Below, piece after piece: positions 48,043 through 57,618 of a stretch of DNA of 64,000 bases. Source of the stretch: an uncultured delta proteobacterium. Lineage in GTDB: Bacteria > Desulfobacterota > Desulfobacteria > Desulfobacterales > QNYZ01. Position 1 is the stretch's first letter; each line of letters opens with the position of its first letter. The position numbers and the translations under genes were made by a program. The stretch covers positions 64,001 through 128,000 of the forward strand of contig CAWJQU010000003.1 of the NCBI GenBank assembly GCA_963845145.1, written 5' to 3'. Below the pieces are notes generated by a model that saw nothing but the letters and a program-made list of their open reading frames with translations, was not told where the DNA came from and did no database searches.

Positions 48043-49440
48043 CTAAACCACAACCTCCTTTTCCACCACCAACATGCCCACCCATTTACCCTTCCTGTAA
48101 CGAAGCGAGGTAATCAGGAAAAGAGTGGTGATGAACACCAACACACACAGCCACGCATAGCCGACGCCCTGACCAAAAATCTCAATCCCGACATAGATCG
48201 GAATGACCATGACAAACAGGGAAACGAACCCCATACTCCACATCAAAAAGCGTGTATCCCCGGCACCTTTCAACACGCCGGCAAAAGTCATATAAAGGGC
48301 ATCCATAAATACATAGACGGCTACAATGCGTAAAAGGGCGACGCCTGTATCCGATATCAGGGCAAACTCGGCCGCGGTCTCACTTGCGGGGATAAAAAGG
48401 GCCATCACCCAGCCGGGAGCAAAAATAAAAATCAGGTCAATAATAAAAGTATAGGCCAAGAGAATATGAATCGCGCTCCAGGCGGCGGCTTTGGCTTCCT
48501 GGGGGCGCTTGCGACCCAGAGCCTGCCCCACCAGAGCGCTGACACCATAGGAAAAACCAATCGCCGGCATAAAAGCCAACGAATTGATGGATATCACCAT
48601 ATTGCTCACGGCCAGTTCACCTTTACCGATCCGACCCACCATAAATATAAAGAAAGTAAAAGCGAAAATATCAATGCTGAACTGCATGGCGGCGGGAATA
48701 CCGAATCGCATCAGGCGGGTAAAAAGCCTGGCATCATAGATCGCGCTTCGCACTCGGAATGTCCGGTGGTTTGCCGCACTAAATATCGTCAGGCAGTACA
48801 ACAGCATGATCAGTCCCCAAGATGTCACGGTGGCGATGGCTGCGCCCGTGATACCGAGTTCCGGCAAGATCCAAATGCCGTTAATCAAGGCATAATCAAG
48901 GGGTATGTTGGCGGCCATTCCAACGGCATTAATAACCATGACCGGACGGGTCATACCTCTACCGGCAAAAAAACCGGAAAGGGCGTTGTTGCTGATATGG
49001 AAAATCGCCCCCCAACCGAGAATTCTGAAATAAATAACCTCCAAACGTTGAACCTCCGGCGCGTGCCCCGCCAAATCAAACAATGGCGGTGCAATCAAAG
49101 TCGCCAAAAAGGCGGTTAAAACGCCAGAAAACAAACTGAAATATATTCCCTGCCACAGGGCGAGTCCCACCCGGCTATGGGCATCCGCCCCGCTATACTG
49201 AGCGATAAATACGCTCGTATAACCGGCGATGCCCCCAAAAAATGCTATCAAGAGAAATGCGGCGATCCCGGCCGGTACCGCCGCTGAAATGGCCTCCAGG
49301 CTATAATTGGACAAAAAAACCCGGTCGGTAAATTCCATAACCGTCACCGCGGCCATACTCACCACCAGGGGCAGGCAGACAGTGACAACCTCCCTGTATC
49401 TGTTTTTTTGCTTCCATGCGTTAAAAACGATCATATCCAC
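48043..49440 (-). CDS. MATE family efflux transporter
   Basis: MEFTDRVFL, NIPLDYALING, GITGAAIAT, GAGDT. Confidence 0.9.
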   Translation of the reverse strand: MDMIVFNAWKQKNRYREVVTVCLPLVVSMAAVTVMEFTDRVFLSNYSLEAISAAVPAGIAAFLLIAFFGGIAGYTSVFIAQYSGADAHSRVGLALWQGIYFSLFSGVLTAFLATLIAPPLFDLAGHAPEVQRLEVIYFRILGWGAIFHISNNALSGFFAGRGMTRPVMVINAVGMAANIPLDYALINGIWILPELGITGAAIATVTSWGLIMLLYCLTIFSAANHRTFRVRSAIYDARLFTRLMRFGIPAAMQFSIDIFAFTFFIFMVGRIGKGELAVSNMVISINSLAFMPAIGFSYGVSALVGQALGRKRPQEAKAAAWSAIHILLAYTFIIDLIFIFAPGWVMALFIPASETAAEFALISDTGVALLRIVAVYVFMDALYMTFAGVLKGAGDTRFLMWSMGFVSLFVMVIPIYVGIEIFGQGVGYAWLCVLVFITTLFLITSLRYRKGKWVGMLVVEKEVVV

Positions 49441-49660
49441 CGATCTTGGGATCTAATAACCCATTTTTTTTGTAACTGAAAAAGCAATTTAGGGATTCAG
49501 TTGCCCGATGGGCTACCTTTGCTGGCCAAGCGGGGGTTCAAAATGATCTTCGAAAACATATCTCTGATCTTCATATGAAATTGTAATACTGCTAACCATA
49601 AAAAGAATCGCTTGAGTAAATAACGTGGATTTTTAAAATCAACTTGTATATAATGAACGG

Positions 49661-49942
49661 ATGCAAAACGACCATATAACCCCCAAGATGAGCCAAAAGG
49701 TATTCACCCTCGGTCTTGATACCGAAACGGTATCTCTTTACTTGCTATGCTGTGGTCTGGCAGATATCGGGAATACCCTTTCCGATAAATCCCTGACAGG
49801 GATATGGAATGGAACTGCGGAATCGCTCCAGGTGGGACTGGATCAATTGATCGCCCATGGGATTTTACGACAAGTGATATCCGACGGCGATCAGCAAGCG
49901 GTATACCATTTGGTCGATGAAGACCATTGGCACCGGTCCTAA
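49661..49942 (+). CDS. Small hypothetical protein
   Basis: 93-aa ORF filling the gap; YLLCCGL; TATAAT ends 6 nt before the ATG. Confidence 0.65.
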   Translation: MQNDHITPKMSQKVFTLGLDTETVSLYLLCCGLADIGNTLSDKSLTGIWNGTAESLQVGLDQLIAHGILRQVISDGDQQAVYHLVDEDHWHRS

Positions 49943-50343
49943 ACCTTTTCCTGCTGTTTGATAGCCTCAAGTGTTTCGGTGCGAATCTGCTCATCCGACG
50001 CATCGACGTTCATCCCCGGACAACTGCCGGCCATTATCCGCCAGTTGTCGTTATCGATGAGCACGCCTTTAATGAACGGCCATGCCTTGCACATCTTTGG
50101 CTTAACCGGATGAATGGTGCAGAGTGTATTCCAGAAAGTACAGTGCCCGGAAGCTTGCTGAGCCAGCATGCGCTGCTTGCCCGAATAGATGCAGTGGGTT
50201 TGGATAAACCGATCCAAAGGCATGTTGAGATATTCGGCAATGGCGTGGGCGTCTTTATCTGAAATCACCGTACCCCCGTAACCCTTGCAGCAATCACCGC
50301 ATTGTGTGCATTGGAAAATCGGGCCCATAGAATTACATTCCAT
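49939..50343 (-). CDS. YkgJ family CxxCxxCC cysteine-cluster protein
   Basis: FQCTQCGDCC, CTF, CTIH.VKP.MC..WPF, CPG. Confidence 0.88.
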   Translation of the reverse strand: MECNSMGPIFQCTQCGDCCKGYGGTVISDKDAHAIAEYLNMPLDRFIQTHCIYSGKQRMLAQQASGHCTFWNTLCTIHPVKPKMCKAWPFIKGVLIDNDNWRIMAGSCPGMNVDASDEQIRTETLEAIKQQEKV

Positions 50344-50932
50344 GCCGACGGTCCATGGCTTTTTTAAGCGTCACTTGATCGATGTATTTCAAATCCCCCC
50401 CCATGGGAACGCCGGAAGCGATTCGAGAAACCTTGACCGGAAGATGCTCAAGCTTTTGGGCTAGAAACGAAGCGGTTGATTCACCTTCCGTATTGGTTCC
50501 GGTGGCCAGAACGACTTCCTTTATCGGCTCCGAGCTGAAACGAGCCATCAGTTCCTTTATCCGCAAAGCGTCCGGCCCAATACCGTCCATAGGGGATAAA
50601 GCCCCTTGAAGGATATGATACAATCCCTGCCACGCCCCCGATTTTTCGATAGAGACCATATCCGCGGGCTGCTCAACCACGCAAACCTTTGATCGATCTC
50701 TGGCAGGATTATTACAGATCCGGCAACGCTCGGCATCACTCAAAGTAAAACAGAGCCGACAAAGGCCGGTTTTTTCTTTGACCTCAACAATTCGACGGGC
50801 CAGCAATTCCATCTCTTTGCGAGGGGTTTTTAATATATACATGGCCAGTCGCTCAGCGGTTTTAGTGCCGATGCCTGGAAGCTTGGATAGACTTTGGATT
50901 AACTGCTGAATCGTTTCAGGATAATGGTTCAT
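50333..50932 (-). CDS. recR: Recombination mediator RecR
   Basis: LPGIG.KTAERLA HhH, C4 zinc finger, TOPRIM VVE..., EGESTA, GVPMGGDL. Confidence 0.96.
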   Translation of the reverse strand: MNHYPETIQQLIQSLSKLPGIGTKTAERLAMYILKTPRKEMELLARRIVEVKEKTGLCRLCFTLSDAERCRICNNPARDRSKVCVVEQPADMVSIEKSGAWQGLYHILQGALSPMDGIGPDALRIKELMARFSSEPIKEVVLATGTNTEGESTASFLAQKLEHLPVKVSRIASGVPMGGDLKYIDQVTLKKAMDRRHGM

Positions 50933-51029
50933 TTGGCATTCCTATCGGTCAGCAATCTAAAAAACCGGATTAAGGACATATTATGGTATAATAGCAAAGA
51001 CACCGACACGTTTCATGATCGCAGGGGAT

Positions 51030-51341
51030 CTACATCAGGCCGGGAATATTCAACCCTCCGGTCAACTTCCCCATTTCGCTTGTCATCATTTCCTGGGCAC
51101 GGGTCAACGCGTCATTCACTGCCGCTAACACCAAATCCTGAAGCATATCCACATCTTCGGGATCCACCACCTCTTTTTCAATTTCGATGGAAACGACTTT
51201 TTGCTGGCCATTGGCAATCACCTTGACCATGCCGCCTCCGGCGCTGGCCTCGACGGTTTTTTGGGCCAGCTCTTCTTGCATTTTTGCCATTTTCCCTTGC
51301 AATTTTTGTGCTTGCTTAAGCATGTTGCCCATGCCTTTCAT
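51030..51341 (-). CDS. ybaB: YbaB/EbfC nucleoid-associated protein
   Basis: [33 protein letters not shown]. Confidence 0.94.
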   Translation of the reverse strand: MKGMGNMLKQAQKLQGKMAKMQEELAQKTVEASAGGGMVKVIANGQQKVVSIEIEKEVVDPEDVDMLQDLVLAAVNDALTRAQEMMTSEMGKLTGGLNIPGLM

Positions 51342-53074
51342 TGGTCATCCTCCTTTATAATATCCACTTTTTCGATCTTCCCATTAAATATTTCAATTGC
51401 ATCATTTATGATGGGGTGTTCCAGCGCTTTCTGCTGCAATTCCCCATTTTGTTCCCTGGGCGCCCTCTTTTTTTTTTGAACGGCCGTTCCTGCCCGAATG
51501 GTCAAAACCGTCTCCGAACCATATGCTTCTTTTATCAGTTGTTCGAGTCGGACCCGGTTTCTTTTTCGATTCACTATCTCCAGATTAAACGGCTTTCCGT
51601 TTACTTCAAGCACCAGATGGTTTTTATCTTTATGGGTTCTATCCGTGACGATAAGCTTGCTTTCGGTCAAGCTTGCGGAAAGGGCCGGAGCCGCTTCCTC
51701 CAGTCCCCGGCAAATTTGCGCCCAGACTTGCTCCGGCTGCGACCGTTTTTCAGATGAAATATGGGAACTTACCCGCGGTACATCCTCATACTCTAGCTCC
51801 GGCGCAACAGGCGGGACATCTATTTCCGGTGGTAGAGCCTGAACGGGTTTAGGCGTCTGTTGTTTAGGCGGTAAAGTCGGAACTGGATCAGGTGTTTGTT
51901 GTTTAGCGAGATTGGAAGCCGGTTCCGTTGCCAGAGATGTCTTTAGTTGATCCAGCTTTTCGATAAGTGTGTCGATGGGCAAAGCAGGCTGCGTTTGAGT
52001 GAGTTTAATAAAAACCATCTCCATGGCCATTCGGGGGTGAGAAGAAAGACGCACCGTCGCCTCTTCGCGATAGAGAAAATCAAAAACCAAAGCCAGCTGC
52101 GTTTCGGATACCGATTCAACCTGACGCGCCATTCCATCAATTTCCGCTTGAGGGCGATCAATTAATTTATCGGTGGCTTTGGATAGCTTAATTACGGTCA
52201 GATCGCGAACATAGGCCAATAAGTCGATATAGACCCTACCGATATCCTGTCCGTTTTTGTATATATTCCCTAAAAGCGTCAACATTCGGCGCACATCAAC
52301 GGATAGCACAGCATCACAAAGCTCATACAGAATCGATCCAGCCACACCACCAAGGACATCAAGAACAAAATCGGGTGTCACCGGTCCCTCTGAACCAGCC
52401 ATCACCTGATCAAGAAGGCTCAAAGCATCCCGCATGCTCCCGTCGGCCTGACGGGCAATCAGGGCCAGGCTCTCCGCATGAACCTCCACCTGCTCCTGTT
52501 GGCATACCGTTTCCAAGTGAGAGGAGATGTCCCCATGATCAATACGGCGTAAATCGTGTCGTTGGCAGCGCGATAAAATAGTAATGGGAATTTTTTTGAT
52601 CTCGGTCGTGGCAAACATAAACAGGACATGTGGCGGCGGCTCTTCAAGGGTTTTTAACAATGCGTTAAAAGCCGATGTGCTGAGCATGTGCACTTCATCA
52701 ATAATATAGATTTTATACCGGCCGGTATTGGGCAAAAAAACAATATTATCCCGCAGCTCGCGTATCTGATCGACGCTGTTATTGGAAGCCCCATCGATTT
52801 CAAAAACATCCGCAGCACTGTCGGCGGTGATCTCACGACACGATTGGCAGATGTTGCAGGGTTTTGGGGCCGGCCCCTTTTCACAATTCATGGCCTTGGC
52901 CAGTATCCGGGCAACCGTTGTCTTTCCCGTGCCCCGGGGGCCGGAAAAAAGAATGGCATGGGCCACACGATTGGCTGTAATCGAATGACTAAGGGTTTGG
53001 GTGACATGTTCCTGGCCCACGACATCGTCAAAGACCTGGGGCCGATATTTCCTGGCTAAAACGAGATAGGACAC
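51338..53074 (-). CDS. dnaX: DNA polymerase III subunit gamma/tau
   Basis: [40 protein letters not shown] 53074 with AGGAG RBS. Confidence 0.96.
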   Translation of the reverse strand: MSYLVLARKYRPQVFDDVVGQEHVTQTLSHSITANRVAHAILFSGPRGTGKTTVARILAKAMNCEKGPAPKPCNICQSCREITADSAADVFEIDGASNNSVDQIRELRDNIVFLPNTGRYKIYIIDEVHMLSTSAFNALLKTLEEPPPHVLFMFATTEIKKIPITILSRCQRHDLRRIDHGDISSHLETVCQQEQVEVHAESLALIARQADGSMRDALSLLDQVMAGSEGPVTPDFVLDVLGGVAGSILYELCDAVLSVDVRRMLTLLGNIYKNGQDIGRVYIDLLAYVRDLTVIKLSKATDKLIDRPQAEIDGMARQVESVSETQLALVFDFLYREEATVRLSSHPRMAMEMVFIKLTQTQPALPIDTLIEKLDQLKTSLATEPASNLAKQQTPDPVPTLPPKQQTPKPVQALPPEIDVPPVAPELEYEDVPRVSSHISSEKRSQPEQVWAQICRGLEEAAPALSASLTESKLIVTDRTHKDKNHLVLEVNGKPFNLEIVNRKRNRVRLEQLIKEAYGSETVLTIRAGTAVQKKKRAPREQNGELQQKALEHPIINDAIEIFNGKIEKVDIIKEDDQ

Positions 53075-53179
53075 GAAGTGGCGTTCTCCTAATCGCCCCA
53101 TCGACCAGCCGCGCCATGGCGGTGGCCGACCAAACGATCATTTTCTAAACTCGGTTCTATGGCGAAATAATAAATGATG

Positions 53180-53273
53180 TGGCGGAGAGAGAGGGATTCG
53201 AACCCTCGGTACTGCTATAAACAGCACACACGATTTCCAGTCGTGCTCCTTCAGCCAGCTCGGACATCTCTCC
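53180..53273 (-). tRNA. tRNA-Ser(GGA)
   Basis: GGAGAGA acceptor stem, anticodon arm CACGA-CTGGAAA-TCGTG, long variable arm, GGTTCGAATCC, encoded CCA. Confidence 0.96.
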
Positions 53274-53605
53274 GCTAAACGGGTGGCATATCTTTATGCG
53301 AACCTTTTGTCAATATTAGTGGAAGGGTAACCTCGCACTCACTCCTTAACCACTTAATATTACAAATTTTAATGTTACAAATATTTAAAGATACCGTCAA
53401 AAGTACGATCGTCGAATCTTTGCTGCCTATTAAAAAAACAACCCTGAAAATCCCTAATTGTATTTCCAAGGCTTCGTTCAAAAAGATGCATGTTTAAACT
53501 TCGTCAAGATAATGAATTATTATAGATTAATCAAGCCAATTTTTGGTGGTTTTAATAATGGGCGTTATCGAAATATATTTGAGGGTGAACCCTCCTGGAA
53601 GAGGC

Positions 53606-54586
53606 TCAGGGGCAGCGGATGCCGGTAATGGTGTCCTGGCTAAAATCAAACAAGGTGGCGCAAGCGTCATTCGTTGTTAATTCAACCGTAGGCGGTTTGC
53701 ATACTTGGCCGATAACGCCGGCGGTGATCCCCCGATCAGAAAAAATTTTCTTAACCGGCGCCACATTGGCGCCAGGCACAGAAAGAATGAAACCGAAGCT
53801 TTGGAAACACAGCACCCACTGTTCCAGGTTTAATTCGTCAGGTTTGGGAATAGCATGCAAGTCGATGGTGGCCCCTTTACCAGAATTTTCCATCATTATG
53901 GCCGCAGTGCCAAGGATACCGGCATTGCTGATATCCTTGGCTGCTGATACTAAATGGGAATCGGCGATAATGGGCAATGCCTCTAACCGGTGGCGCAGGG
54001 CCTCCGGTGTTTTACCCGAATTGGCATCCCAGCTGGTCACCGACTTGCACCCAGCCCGCCCGTCCAGGTCCACGGCCAGGATGAGCTGGTCGCCTTCTGC
54101 GGCCAAGTGGCTATGGAGCAGGTTATTAGCACGCCCGATGATGGTGACACTCAGAGCAGGGTGAGAGGTCGGTGCATCCGGGTGCAGATGGCCCCCCAGC
54201 ATGGGGACCTGAAGCTTACGACATCCTTTTACGATGCCATCCACAATCAGGCGCCGTTGTTCTTCATCGCCACTGGCAAGTACATTTACCATGCCGATGG
54301 GCCGTCCGCCCATGGAGTAGATATCATTCACTGTGACCATGACGGAAGCTTTGCCGGCAGCATAAGGTTCGTTTATCAGAAGGCTGGTCATGATTCCATC
54401 GGCTGCTATCAGTAGATACTCGTCATGCCAGGGTATTGCGGCGGCATCGTCGCCATAATTGGGAAGCATCTCACCAAATTGATGCGTGTGCTTGAGCTGC
54501 TCGAATACAGCCTGAATCGGCTGTTTGCGGGTCACACCACCGTAAGTTCTGACGCGGTGGATGATGTCGACTAATTGGCTTTGCAT
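53606..54586 (-). CDS. AIR synthase/SelD-like protein (sll0787 / methanogenesis marker 2-related)
   Basis: GDDAAAI, VNDIYSMGG.P, GGH, KDISNAG.LGT, SFGF. Confidence 0.85.
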   Translation of the reverse strand: MQSQLVDIIHRVRTYGGVTRKQPIQAVFEQLKHTHQFGEMLPNYGDDAAAIPWHDEYLLIAADGIMTSLLINEPYAAGKASVMVTVNDIYSMGGRPIGMVNVLASGDEEQRRLIVDGIVKGCRKLQVPMLGGHLHPDAPTSHPALSVTIIGRANNLLHSHLAAEGDQLILAVDLDGRAGCKSVTSWDANSGKTPEALRHRLEALPIIADSHLVSAAKDISNAGILGTAAIMMENSGKGATIDLHAIPKPDELNLEQWVLCFQSFGFILSVPGANVAPVKKIFSDRGITAGVIGQVCKPPTVELTTNDACATLFDFSQDTITGIRCP

Positions 54587-54590
54587 GGTA

Positions 54591-56135
54591 TTACCCAATT
54601 TGAAAATCCTCAGGTACCCGACCCAAATCTGCTTGCATCTGCTGATGTGCCCGACCATGAAAGGTTTCCGGCGCACCGATGGTGGCCCAGCCGAGCTTTT
54701 GAAAAAACCGGACATTTTTTTCTTGGATATGCGCGGTAAATTCCTTACACCCTTTTTTCTTAACCCGCTTCATGGCTTCTTTAACCAGTAATTCCCCAAC
54801 TCGAAAAGTCCGGTGATCCGGGTGAACCGCCAAGCGCCCGCCGATCCAATTCCCGTTGCCACTATGTGGGTCGTGAAACACCCGCACGGTGCCCACGATT
54901 GTATCCCTTTGCCTGGCGACGAGGTGAATGCTTGACCGGTCATGCTCGTCCTGGTCCGTGCTGGTGAAAATGCCCTGTTCTTCCACAAAGACAGCATGGC
55001 GAATCGCAAATGCCTCGGCGCGTTCCTGGTCGGACCGGGCACTGTGGCAGATTAAATCCGCCATAGGCTTTTCATAGGTGCCAAGGGCCGAGCAGGCCCC
55101 ACAGCGAACGCATCCGGCGCGATTGTTCTGTGCCCTAAGCCCCTTTCGGCGAAGTATCTTAGCCACCGCCGTATAAATTTGGTGCATCAACGCCGGTGCC
55201 GGGGGTTTTTGGTTTTCCAGCAAGGATCCAGGAATGGGCCGAAGCGGTACGATAAAGGGGTAGACGCCTAGATCGGCCAGAATCTCGCTACCATAGACCA
55301 ACGATTCCGGTGGCTCACCCAATCCGGCGATAAGGAAACTGCTCACCTGGTTGGGGCCAAAAAGCGCTACTGCTCGCTGCCAGGCCTTTTCATAATGGGC
55401 AAATCCAATTTGACTTTTTACAGGCGCCACCCGTTTTAGCGTGGGACCATGAAAGCTTTCGATGTGAATTCCCACCGTGTCTACCCCGGCCTGTTTTAAC
55501 GAATCCATTAATGCCAAGTCGTTAGGTGGGATAAATTGGACATGGATGGGTAAATCAACCCGTGCCTTGATGGCTTCTGCGCATTTGGCCAGGTATTCGA
55601 TTTCCGATCCAGGTGGGTCCCCCGTTCCAGAAGTCATTACCATGTGACGCACACCGTCCTCGTTAGCTGCGAGACTTGCTACTTCTGCCAGTTGCCGCGG
55701 CGTTTTGCGGGCAATGGTGCTTCCTTTTTCAAGTGATATCTGGGTAGCACAAAAAGTGCATCGCCGGTTGGTTTTCCAGTTGACACACTGCTGCAGCACG
55801 GTGGTGGCCAAACAGTCCTTGCCGTGCAGTAAGGCAATCTTATGGAAGGGAATGCCGTTCTCATCAGACTGGCTATAGAAATAGGGGGCGGGAACCACTC
55901 GGGTGCCGGCCACAGGTTGGCCCTCTTTTAACAACGTATATTGGCCGCCATTATGGCCATCGGCCAGAGAAAACGGCGAGTCTGATGTATATGCGGCCCG
56001 AATGGGCACATTCACCGGAATGTTGTCCAGCAAAAAGGCCCTGCCTTCCGCCGGTCCGGCGCCGCCGCTTCGCCCCAGAATCGTTTCCGGCACGCGAACC
56101 CCCAGGCTTTGTATTTCAGTAATTATATTTTTCAT
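54591..56135 (-). CDS. MSMEG_0568-family radical SAM protein fused to a MSMEG_0567/Sll0786-type GNAT domain
   Basis: RSGGAGPAEG, KIALLHGKDCLATTVLQQC, Cx8Cx2C (CVNWKTNRRCTFC), GCVRCGACS; C-terminal RHAVFVEEQ.IF..TD.DEHD, W.GGRLAV. Confidence 0.88.
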   Translation of the reverse strand: MKNIITEIQSLGVRVPETILGRSGGAGPAEGRAFLLDNIPVNVPIRAAYTSDSPFSLADGHNGGQYTLLKEGQPVAGTRVVPAPYFYSQSDENGIPFHKIALLHGKDCLATTVLQQCVNWKTNRRCTFCATQISLEKGSTIARKTPRQLAEVASLAANEDGVRHMVMTSGTGDPPGSEIEYLAKCAEAIKARVDLPIHVQFIPPNDLALMDSLKQAGVDTVGIHIESFHGPTLKRVAPVKSQIGFAHYEKAWQRAVALFGPNQVSSFLIAGLGEPPESLVYGSEILADLGVYPFIVPLRPIPGSLLENQKPPAPALMHQIYTAVAKILRRKGLRAQNNRAGCVRCGACSALGTYEKPMADLICHSARSDQERAEAFAIRHAVFVEEQGIFTSTDQDEHDRSSIHLVARQRDTIVGTVRVFHDPHSGNGNWIGGRLAVHPDHRTFRVGELLVKEAMKRVKKKGCKEFTAHIQEKNVRFFQKLGWATIGAPETFHGRAHQQMQADLGRVPEDFQIG

Positions 56136-56510
56136 AACGCCAACCGCGTATTGTTTATTAATAATATTGGCTAACCGTAGTGCCAAACATGCTTCAAGCA
56201 GAGTTTTGGATTGAAGCCTGCACCCCCTAATAGCCCCCCTACCCTATCAACTCGTTTCTGAACGAACCCTCATTGCAACTATTCGGGAAAAACCAGAAGG
56301 ATGGGTAATCGTGCGTACCATAAAACAAAATAAACCGGAAGTCACTATTTTGTATTGGTAACGCCGCTGGCCAAACGGCGGGCATTCATGAGACAAATGC
56401 CTGCTTCAAATGGTGCGATGTACTGTAGGCGACTGAACCATTCCGGTTTTTTGGGGATTTTCCCATGGCCTCGGCCCATATTTTGTCATTTTCGATGGCT
56501 GGTAGGTGGG

Positions 56511-57593
56511 TCAGTTATTCGACTTAAAGGCGAGTCGTTGGATCAGGTTCGCTGCTATAGGGTAGGTACGATCTATGTTGGCCCCAAAGGGTTTGCCTGC
56601 GACTCGGGAATTGATCTCGGTAATATCCATACCAACCAGTTGAATATCCACGCCACCGGTTTGAACGATGGTATCGATTAACCGATAGATATGGGTTTCC
56701 GCAAGGCCCTGCCAATTTTTAAATCTTACGCCTTCAAGCGCATTGCGTGCACCGATATCCATGTCGATGGATACATAAACAAACGGCGTCCGAATTTTTT
56801 TCAAAAGGCTCTTTAATTTAGTTGGTTTTAGTAGGCATTCTTTCTTGGTGATAATGGTGGCCCCTTTTTGTTTGAGGTTCGTCCAGGCCGCAACATAATC
56901 GGCAATCCGCCGGTCCCTGATACGAAAGGCTTTTTTTCCGGGATAGTCGCTAACCCCGACGATGTAGAGATCCCTGGGAGAAACCATACCCGCTTCGACC
57001 AGATGATAAATAAAGGTGCTGGCATTGTAACTTTCGGCGCGATTCTGAATGAGCGGATCCAGGGGGTCATATAGGGATTGGGGGTTGGTGTCCATATCAT
57101 AGGCGATGGCCCCGGCCAGCCCGGACATGGGCACAGCGTCGGTATGGCTGTCCACGACAATCAGGGAAATATTTTCCCTGCCATAGTGCTTGGCTAAGGC
57201 TGTATAGGCGCCACCTGTGAGGGAGTGGTCCACCGCCACCATGCATGGCAGGTCTGGTAATATGGTCTCAGCCACGAGCTGCTCGACCTTTTCGGCATAT
57301 TTACGGCAGCCGCCTGAATCGATAAAATCGACCATGGCTTCCACTGCAACGAGGTCCCTGTCGCTGTCCGGGGGGATTGGCCGCAACCAACCCGGTACGG
57401 GTACTGTGCCCCCGATATGCCAATGGTCATCGGGAACAACTTGGTGCAAAGCTTCCAGAAAGGGCACCATCGGGTCATCGGTGGACCCACCAGTCCATGA
57501 TACGGAGCGCTTTTCCTGAATAGCATCATGCTTTTCATCGCAATCCAGAGGGCAACCGAAAAGAACCACTTTTTTTTCAGCCGGGCAAATCAC
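56511..57593 (-). CDS. Arginase/ureohydrolase-family protein
   Basis: VDHS, VDSHTD and YVSIDMD metal ligands; GMDITEIN. Confidence 0.8.
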   Translation of the reverse strand: MICPAEKKVVLFGCPLDCDEKHDAIQEKRSVSWTGGSTDDPMVPFLEALHQVVPDDHWHIGGTVPVPGWLRPIPPDSDRDLVAVEAMVDFIDSGGCRKYAEKVEQLVAETILPDLPCMVAVDHSLTGGAYTALAKHYGRENISLIVVDSHTDAVPMSGLAGAIAYDMDTNPQSLYDPLDPLIQNRAESYNASTFIYHLVEAGMVSPRDLYIVGVSDYPGKKAFRIRDRRIADYVAAWTNLKQKGATIITKKECLLKPTKLKSLLKKIRTPFVYVSIDMDIGARNALEGVRFKNWQGLAETHIYRLIDTIVQTGGVDIQLVGMDITEINSRVAGKPFGANIDRTYPIAANLIQRLAFKSNN

Positions 57594-57618
57594 AGGTGTA
57601 GTGGATCCCCTTTATCAT

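Noticed and set aside
53075..53180. SRP RNA (ffs), often found upstream of dnaX
   Set aside because: No CAGG...GGAA...AGCAG domain IV motif seen on either strand.
53348..53378. 15-bp direct repeat (ATATTACAAATTTTA / ATGTTACAAATATTT) upstream of tRNA-Ser
   Set aside because: AT-rich with two imperfect copies; could be a regulator site but cannot be distinguished from chance.
53180..53600. tRNA-Ser as integration site of an island carrying the rSAM cluster
   Set aside because: The tRNA 3' end faces dnaX; no integrase or duplicated tRNA end in the window.
56171..56187. Sigma-54-like TTGGCACTACGGTTAGC upstream of the rSAM gene
   Set aside because: GG-to-GC spacing is 11, not 10; it would need an indel error to qualify.
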